Assembly: GCA_964016885.1 (NCBI GenBank)
Contig: OZ024743.1
Location: forward strand, 285,324,001 to 285,388,000
DNA length: 64,000 nucleotides
From: Eledone cirrhosa
Taxonomy: Eukaryota
Reading direction: 5' to 3'
This document shows, piece by piece, positions 57,536 to 64,000 of the stretch (position 1 is its first letter; the number at the start of each line of letters is the position of its first letter). The notes below the pieces were generated by a model. The model saw nothing but the letters and a program-made list of their open reading frames with translations. It did no database searches and had not been told where the DNA came from. The translations under genes were made by a program, and so were the position numbers.

Positions 57536-59483
57536 ACATTTGAAAATTTTAAAGAAGTGAATCTTAAAATAAGCAACAAAATTATTTATATTTAATCAAG
57601 ATTAACGAAATTTAGTAGATAAATTATGTAATATTCATTCATTATTTATTCAAAGTAATCCAACTTATTTTACAAATGGGATAAAAAAAATATATTCTGG
57701 ACGCAGTCCTGCACTCCTTACTTTCAGTTGAAAATTGCAAACTTGACTGTCACCACTGAATATGAACCTGAAGATTGCGAAAGCATGAAAGTACTTGTTC
57801 AATTAACATTTAACATTTAATATTCTACCATACTATTTCAATATAATATCATTATAATTTTAAAGGATTGTAAATAAAACGAGTAAATCAGACAAAGTTG
57901 TAATTCCTTTTATTAATATAATCTTTTATGCACAATCATACACACCCATGTATATTTATTTATATATATGTATATATATATTATGTGTGATGCAAACCCC
58001 AAATCCAGAGTGGGTTCAATAAGGGTTGCATATATATATATATAAGTATATATAAACTCGTAGAGCAAATATTTATTATTAGCACAGGTGAAAGGTTTAA
58101 GCAAATAATTTCTTAGGGTGAAAACAAAAATTACTGGTTTAAACATTTAATATGTGCTCATAACATATATATATATATGTATATATATATGACTTGACAA
58201 AAAGCACCCAGTCAACCCTATAGAATGTTGTGCTGATGCCATGATAAAAAGCACCCAGTCCATACCATTGTGTGGTTGGCATTAGGAAGGGCATCCAGCC
58301 ATAGACACCAAGCCAAAATACAGATCCGTATGGGCAAGATGTGATCACCTGATCTGACTTACCTCTTAGCATGACAACCTGTCTAACTCATGGAAAATAG
58401 ATGTTAAATGGTGATGATGATTATGATATGTATGTATATATTGAACCATGCACTAAACACCTGAAGGACATTATAGATTCATATCTATACAAAGAGTACA
58501 GGTTTTTAACTGAAGTTGTGATACATTTTCTTGCAGCTTCAGTTAAACCTGTACTCTTATGAATTTATTATTAAGGACATGACTGCCATCTTAGAGTTAG
58601 TGATCTACACTCAGTACATGTTGTAAATTGATTGGTGATAGGAAGAGCATCCATCTGTTGAAATCTTGCTCAAAAAAGGGTTGGGAGAACCATCAGTTGT
58701 GTCAAAGACATGACAACCTCACCTGTGCACTTAGTGGAGAGTCGACCGTACATATGGCATGATACAGATTCCTGGCCTGCCTGGGAGATCAGCGGCTCAA
58801 CCTCAGTACTGACTTGGTCTATGTAGACCCATCTAACCCTTGTTAGCAGGGAAAGTACATGTTAAAACAATGATGATGATGATGAGGGTGATGAACGTAT
58901 GTATCATCATTGTAACTGAATAAATTAAAATATATTAAAAGCTGATTTTATTTCAAATCTCATTTGTTTACATTTCTATTCACATTTATTTACATTGATA
59001 TATGTAAGAATAATTTGCTCATGCTTTAGAGTAAATATTAAGATTCATGAGTTTATTGCTCCTGTGTTTATATATAGTATATAATTGTGTATCTATCTAT
59101 TATATAGTTGGTGTGTATGGAATATAATATTAATATAACATACCAGTTATGTGAAAAGATATAAATCAGTCTGTTTATTTATATTAACATCTTGGCTATT
59201 ATATATGTACACATACTGACACACAATCATATAGATTTTATTAGTATTATGATAACATTTCCATACTTTTCTGTTACAGATGTTCTTTGAAAGTGAAGCA
59301 TACTTCTAGTACTGATGAAGGAATGAAGACACCACGGGATAGAGAAAGCTTTTTAGTCTTTCCACAGTTAAAATAATCTGCCTTGTGCTGATCCTATGAT
59401 AAAACAAACCCAGTTCACTCTCTTTAATCTTAATGAATTATTAAAATCAGAAATATTTCCACTTCTGAAATATGAAATCTTCT

Positions 59484-59588
59484 TTAGTTTGCTTGTAGTG
59501 AATGTTTCCAGAATGTATTTTTACTGAAGTCATTGTTGGCGACATTCCAGTGATAGGGTGGACTACCATAAGATGATCCATAAACTTT
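59484..59588 (-). CDS. Unidentified membrane protein, terminal coding exon
   Basis: Strong acceptor tttttctttctttcag. KVYGSSYGSPPYHWNVANNDFSKNTFWKHSLQAN-stop, in phase with the upstream exon. Confidence 0.65.
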   Translation of the reverse strand, partial: KVYGSSYGSPPYHWNVANNDFSKNTFWKHSLQAN

Positions 59589-60524
59589 CTGAAAGAAAGA
59601 AAAATTAAAATTCAGTAACAATGACATTTTTTTTCCTACGATGAAACTTTTCTTTAGAGATGAAATACTCTATTTTATTTACATTAATTTTAATTTCGAT
59701 GGGTTTGATATCCAAGTGATATTGTAAAATCAGAATGACAGCAGCTTGTCTGAGAAAGGAGTCCTGCAAGGTGGGGTGGCTGTTGCAGTGAGTGTCGCTG
59801 GCCATTGTCCATGGCAATGCCTTTGTCATTTTGTCCATGGGGCACAGCCAAAACATATATATAGAGTCTGTCACCCTCTCCCCTTCCTGCTTTCATTCGT
59901 TAGTTATTAATCCTTGCCCTTTCCCTCATTTTCCTCTCATTTATGGTCTTTTGCAATGCTACTTTCTTTTTCTTTGATTTCTATTGATTTGTTTCTATTG
60001 AATATTTCATATTCATTATATATATAACATGTACTAAATGAAATAAATAAAATCCACTTATTTAACAACTGAAAAGAAATTGACGAGTATATTTAAATAT
60101 TAAATATTTAAAAAATTGTTTCTAAACATCTTATTAACAACAACTCACCTCAGACACTTAATTTGAATTCAAATTAAATAAATGTTCTAGATGAATTATC
60201 AATAGTAAAGTTGGCAAATAGCTAACAAAAAAAAAAAAAAAAAAAATGAAAATCATATATCCCAAGCATTGTAAGAGAAGATGTCATAGGGAATGATGCA
60301 TTCTCCAATATAGGTTCAATTCTTGTTTAAAGCCATTTCCTTTCACTTATACTGCTAACGAATTAGTTGTTAGGTTTTTTTCATATTAAGTCGTTACCAT
60401 TCATAAATGATCAGCTGTATTGATTTATGTATTTCCCAATGCTATTAGCAATCTAAGCAAAGTAAAAACACTGTAACCGGTTATCAAAATACAGTATTGA
60501 AATAACTCTTGTGAGTTAACTTAC

Positions 60525-60663
60525 CATAAAGACAACTGACATCAGGAATGATACAAGAAGTATGAGTAGAGCAATAAAAATCTTTTTGTGAAGGCCAGGT
60601 CTCATCATGACAAACCAGGTAAATATCTGACATTTCTCATCACTGTATGGTGGGTATCTTAAG
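60525..60663 (-). CDS. Unidentified membrane protein, penultimate exon (transmembrane helix)
   Basis: tttcag|...|gtaagt. (C)LRYPPYSDEKCQIFTWFVMMRPGLHKKIFIALLILLVSFLMSVVFM. Confidence 0.7.
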
Positions 60664-61244
60664 CTGAAATATAACAAATATGAAGTAAAGTTTATTCTAC
60701 CATTGCTGAATATGTTACAATAATTCAGTGAACTGTGAAGTCACCAAGGTAATAAAGTATTGGTTACATTGCTGTCACTGATATCCTGTTGTATCTTGGG
60801 ATTCCTGGTCAAAGCCCTAAACTCACCTAGTCTTTCTTTTTTGATATTTGGGTAGTTAAATGGTGTGTGATGTAATAAGTTGGTTTTGCACCTCTACTGA
60901 ATAGAGTCCATCCTAGACAGATGAATAAATACAGAAATTGTTCCTGATCTACCTTACCTCAGATATTTTATTTTACTGAGTTGACTACTTGAACATTTAT
61001 TATATCAAAATAAATTATGTATATAAAATTACATAATAGCAAAGTTCACATTTTTTCCTAAACAAATATACTGTTAATATAGATTGCTTGAAATTAGAAT
61101 CACAAATGCCTTAGCTGTCAAAAAATCAACACATACACAGATATATCTCTATTACTAAATTACATAAATATTTCACATGAAAATATAAAATCAAAATGAA
61201 AGAAAATATCAAGTGAACACTAGGTGTATCAATTGGTCACATAC

Positions 61245-61399
61245 CACGACGGGTGCCAGAGCCTCTGTCTAATATTTTTTGAGGCAAACCAACACACTGG
61301 TAACATTACAATAGGCAATAGTGAGACTAAGGCACTGGAACAATCAAGCTCCCTCATGGGTATCACCTCAGATATATTCCAGACATCACCATCTGTGCT
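61245..61399 (-). CDS. Unidentified membrane protein, internal exon
   Basis: actcag|...|gtatgt. STDGDVWNISEVIPMRELDCSSALVSLLPIVMLPVCWFASKNIRQRLWHPS(C); its phase 2 end matches the next exon. Confidence 0.65.
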
Positions 61400-61974
61400 C
61401 TGAGTAAAGGTAAACTTTTTGTTTTTTCAATAAAGCACAAGTCTAGAGAAGTGGATTAGTGGAATTTTTTAAGTGTCAGATAAGATGCTTTGCATTATCT
61501 GTTATAGCTCTTTGCATTCTGAGTTCAAATCCTGCTCAGGATAACTTGTGTGGTAGACTTGATCTGTCACTTGATTTAACAACCATTTGTCTTTTGAGTG
61601 CCTTTAGTATTTGCAGTAGGTCTCTGGTTTTCAGGTTACCTCCCTCCATCCCAACTAGTTTTGGAGACACTGAAATGGATCATGAAAACTACCTTTCTTC
61701 CCTGACTAAACAGTTAAAAAAAAAAGATACAAGATTCTTTTTTCAGTCTTCTGTCACCCTGTGGGCTGCAACCATATTAGGATACTCCCTGTATATTACT
61801 TATAACACTACTTTATCAACACTAATTAGAATGAAAAATCTCCAAAGAAATGAAAAGACTAAATAGTTTTGGTCAATGAAATGTATTTTATCCAGCTCAC
61901 ATTATATGGGAAGTATCTTATGCAGCATGCTATGTATATTTAGTATACAATGATACAATAGGGTGATGGGATAC

Positions 61975-62270
61975 AAGTGACCATGGGATTTGCACCTAGA
62001 AAGTTGCCTTCTGCAGGACAAATCCAAGCAAGGTTGTTTGTGGAAGACCAGCAGTTGTTAATACCAGCCTCCCCTCTCCATGCCACCGATGTTGTCCAAG
62101 AGAAAAACTATAGCCAATACAACTTGGCACCAGTGATGTCATAATTCATTTCCACAGTCAACTGGAGCAACGTGAAATAAAGTGTCTTGCTCAAGAATAC
62201 AAGACATAGCCTGGTCCATGACTTGAACTCACAACCCCACGATTGTAAGCCCAACACTCTAACCACTATA
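61975..62270 (-). mobile_element. tRNA-derived SINE (a related 3' fragment lies at ~19545-19695)
   Basis: tRNA-like head (agtggttagagtgttgggcttacaatcg...gagttcaagtc) and cttgagcaagacactt core. The tail catgggatttgcacctagaaa is shared with the 19.6 kb fragment. Confidence 0.7.
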
Positions 62271-64000
62271 CTATAATATTATGCTAGTGTCTTTATATTT
62301 TTATCATTATTTGCACAAAACATTATTTGCACAAGAAATATATTTTAATTAAGGGAGATAATTATTTTCTAGAATGTTTTTAAAATGAATGTTTTTAAAA
62401 TGAGCTTAAACATATTTTGATTTTTGACAATTTCTCCATGCTCATGTAAAGAACAACTTAAAAAGTTTAAATCTTGAAATATTATTACATTATGAGAAGT
62501 TCATATAAATCGAATGATGAATGTGATAATACTGAAAATGGAATACTGTATATACTTGTGTATCATTTCCAACTATTTCCATAAAAATAGGATGTGAAAA
62601 CCTAGCATGCAACTTATCTACTGGACATAAAAAAAAGCTTAATTCAAAATACATAGAACATTGTAAATATTGTATGCAAACTGGAGGTGTAATTTATCTA
62701 CCAGTGTGACCTATACATGAGTATACACAGTATATTTAGCCTTGTTTAGTGAGAAATCAATGATGATATGAAAGTGTACCAGACAATATAATAATGTATT
62801 GTAAGTCAATTAATTAATTACCTAAACCCTTTTGATACTAATCAGCTCAAAACTGTTTCTGTTTCTATGAAACAAACCCACCTATTGTAAAGGGTTGCTA
62901 TTTAAATTGAAATTTTCCAGCATAATTTGACTTTAGAACATTTAGTTGTGTTTAAAATACCATCATAATAATGAAATAATTAATAATTTTAATAAATCCC
63001 TACAAATTCTTCATTAATTTATTCAAATACAATGTATTTGAATTAATTAATGAAGAATTATGTGACAATGAAAGGGTTATTCTGATATTGGTGTTGTTGC
63101 AGAGTTACTCCACTTTGATACTTCAACAGAAGCTGAAAATCACAAGTGATGAATGCTGGCCTAACAATCAAAATATGAACAGTTCATATATTACTGGTGC
63201 AGCACTATTTCTCTCAGAAAACTACATAGCTCTACTCTCTTTAGCTGAATGTTATAGTTTACTGTTTTATTAGTATTTTATTAGCTTACAATGTTGAACT
63301 TCAGTCCTCTCAAATTGTTACAGAATGCAATGGGAAATCATTACATTTGATCTTCCTTTGAATCACAAAACTTATTTCAGTGTTTTCTTTATTTTGAACC
63401 CCCCCCCCCCCCCCCCCAACCATTGAGATTGATTTCTCAGGGACGCCTTTCATCAGAAAATCAGCAGTTAAGTAATGGGTGAACAAATATTTAATGTTGT
63501 GTGTCCAAATTTCAATTAGAAATACTATTGTGACGAGGAGAGAATGTGGATTGGCAGTATCGGTAGAGGGTCGGACGCCATGCTTTGACGCAAAGAGTTA
63601 CGGCCCTTTCCATTCTAAGTTCAAATCCCGCCGAGGTTAATTTTGCCTTTCATCCTTACGGGGTCGATAAAATAAAGTACCAGTAATACACTAGGATAAT
63701 TGCTGGCCTTGTGCCAAAAAGTAGAAAATTATTTCAATGCCTGATTTTAATCTAATCCTCTCAAGATGTAGGGGAGAAAACTCTGGATATGTTTGGTCTT
63801 TTTAGACTTCTTCAATGAAGCATAGACTTCTTGCTGAAGTTGTGGGAAATGAATCTCTAAGTAGAATTACAGTAGTGTAATCTATATGACTGTAAAGTTA
63901 GCATATTTATAAAAATAAAACTTTGTTTGGGAAATACGGTGAAGCTTATGACATCTAAATAAGACTGAAACATGCCTGGAGTTATGATTAAAATAATATT

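Noticed and set aside
63745-63856. Possible further minus-strand exon of the unknown gene
   Set aside because: Weak acceptor and no splice donor before an in-frame stop.

Overview
AT-rich, repeat-dense eukaryotic genomic DNA, probably from a coleoid cephalopod (Octopus-like). That assignment is inferred from the RTE-LINE/tRNA-SINE families and (AT)n/(ATC)n microsatellite landscape. Three spliced genes were reconstructed by hand. (1) Six 3' coding exons of an AMP-activated protein kinase beta subunit (+, 6659-23091; the 5' exons lie upstream of the window), whose 3' UTR runs straight into a ~7.5 kb almost pure A/T array. (2) A complete peroxiredoxin-5 (-, 40714-53319) with two alternative first coding exons, one a mitochondrial presequence and one a 5-aa start. 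(3) The last three exons of an unidentified membrane protein (-, 59484-61399). The rest is transposon-derived: one RTE LINE with an uninterrupted ~1000-aa EN-RT ORF carrying a C4HC3 PHD finger inside the RT region, many decayed RTE copies, tRNA-derived SINEs that share the RTE 3' tail, and CR1, CRE-like, mariner and hAT-like remnants. The best unexpected signals are a type I hammerhead ribozyme, sense to the PRDX5 transcript in its first intron, and the PHD-in-RT LINE. Also notable are inverted LINE and SINE pairs in AMPK-beta introns (dsRNA/editing substrates) and a pre-miRNA-like hairpin downstream of an orphan ETS promoter. Most short ORFs in the track are spurious.
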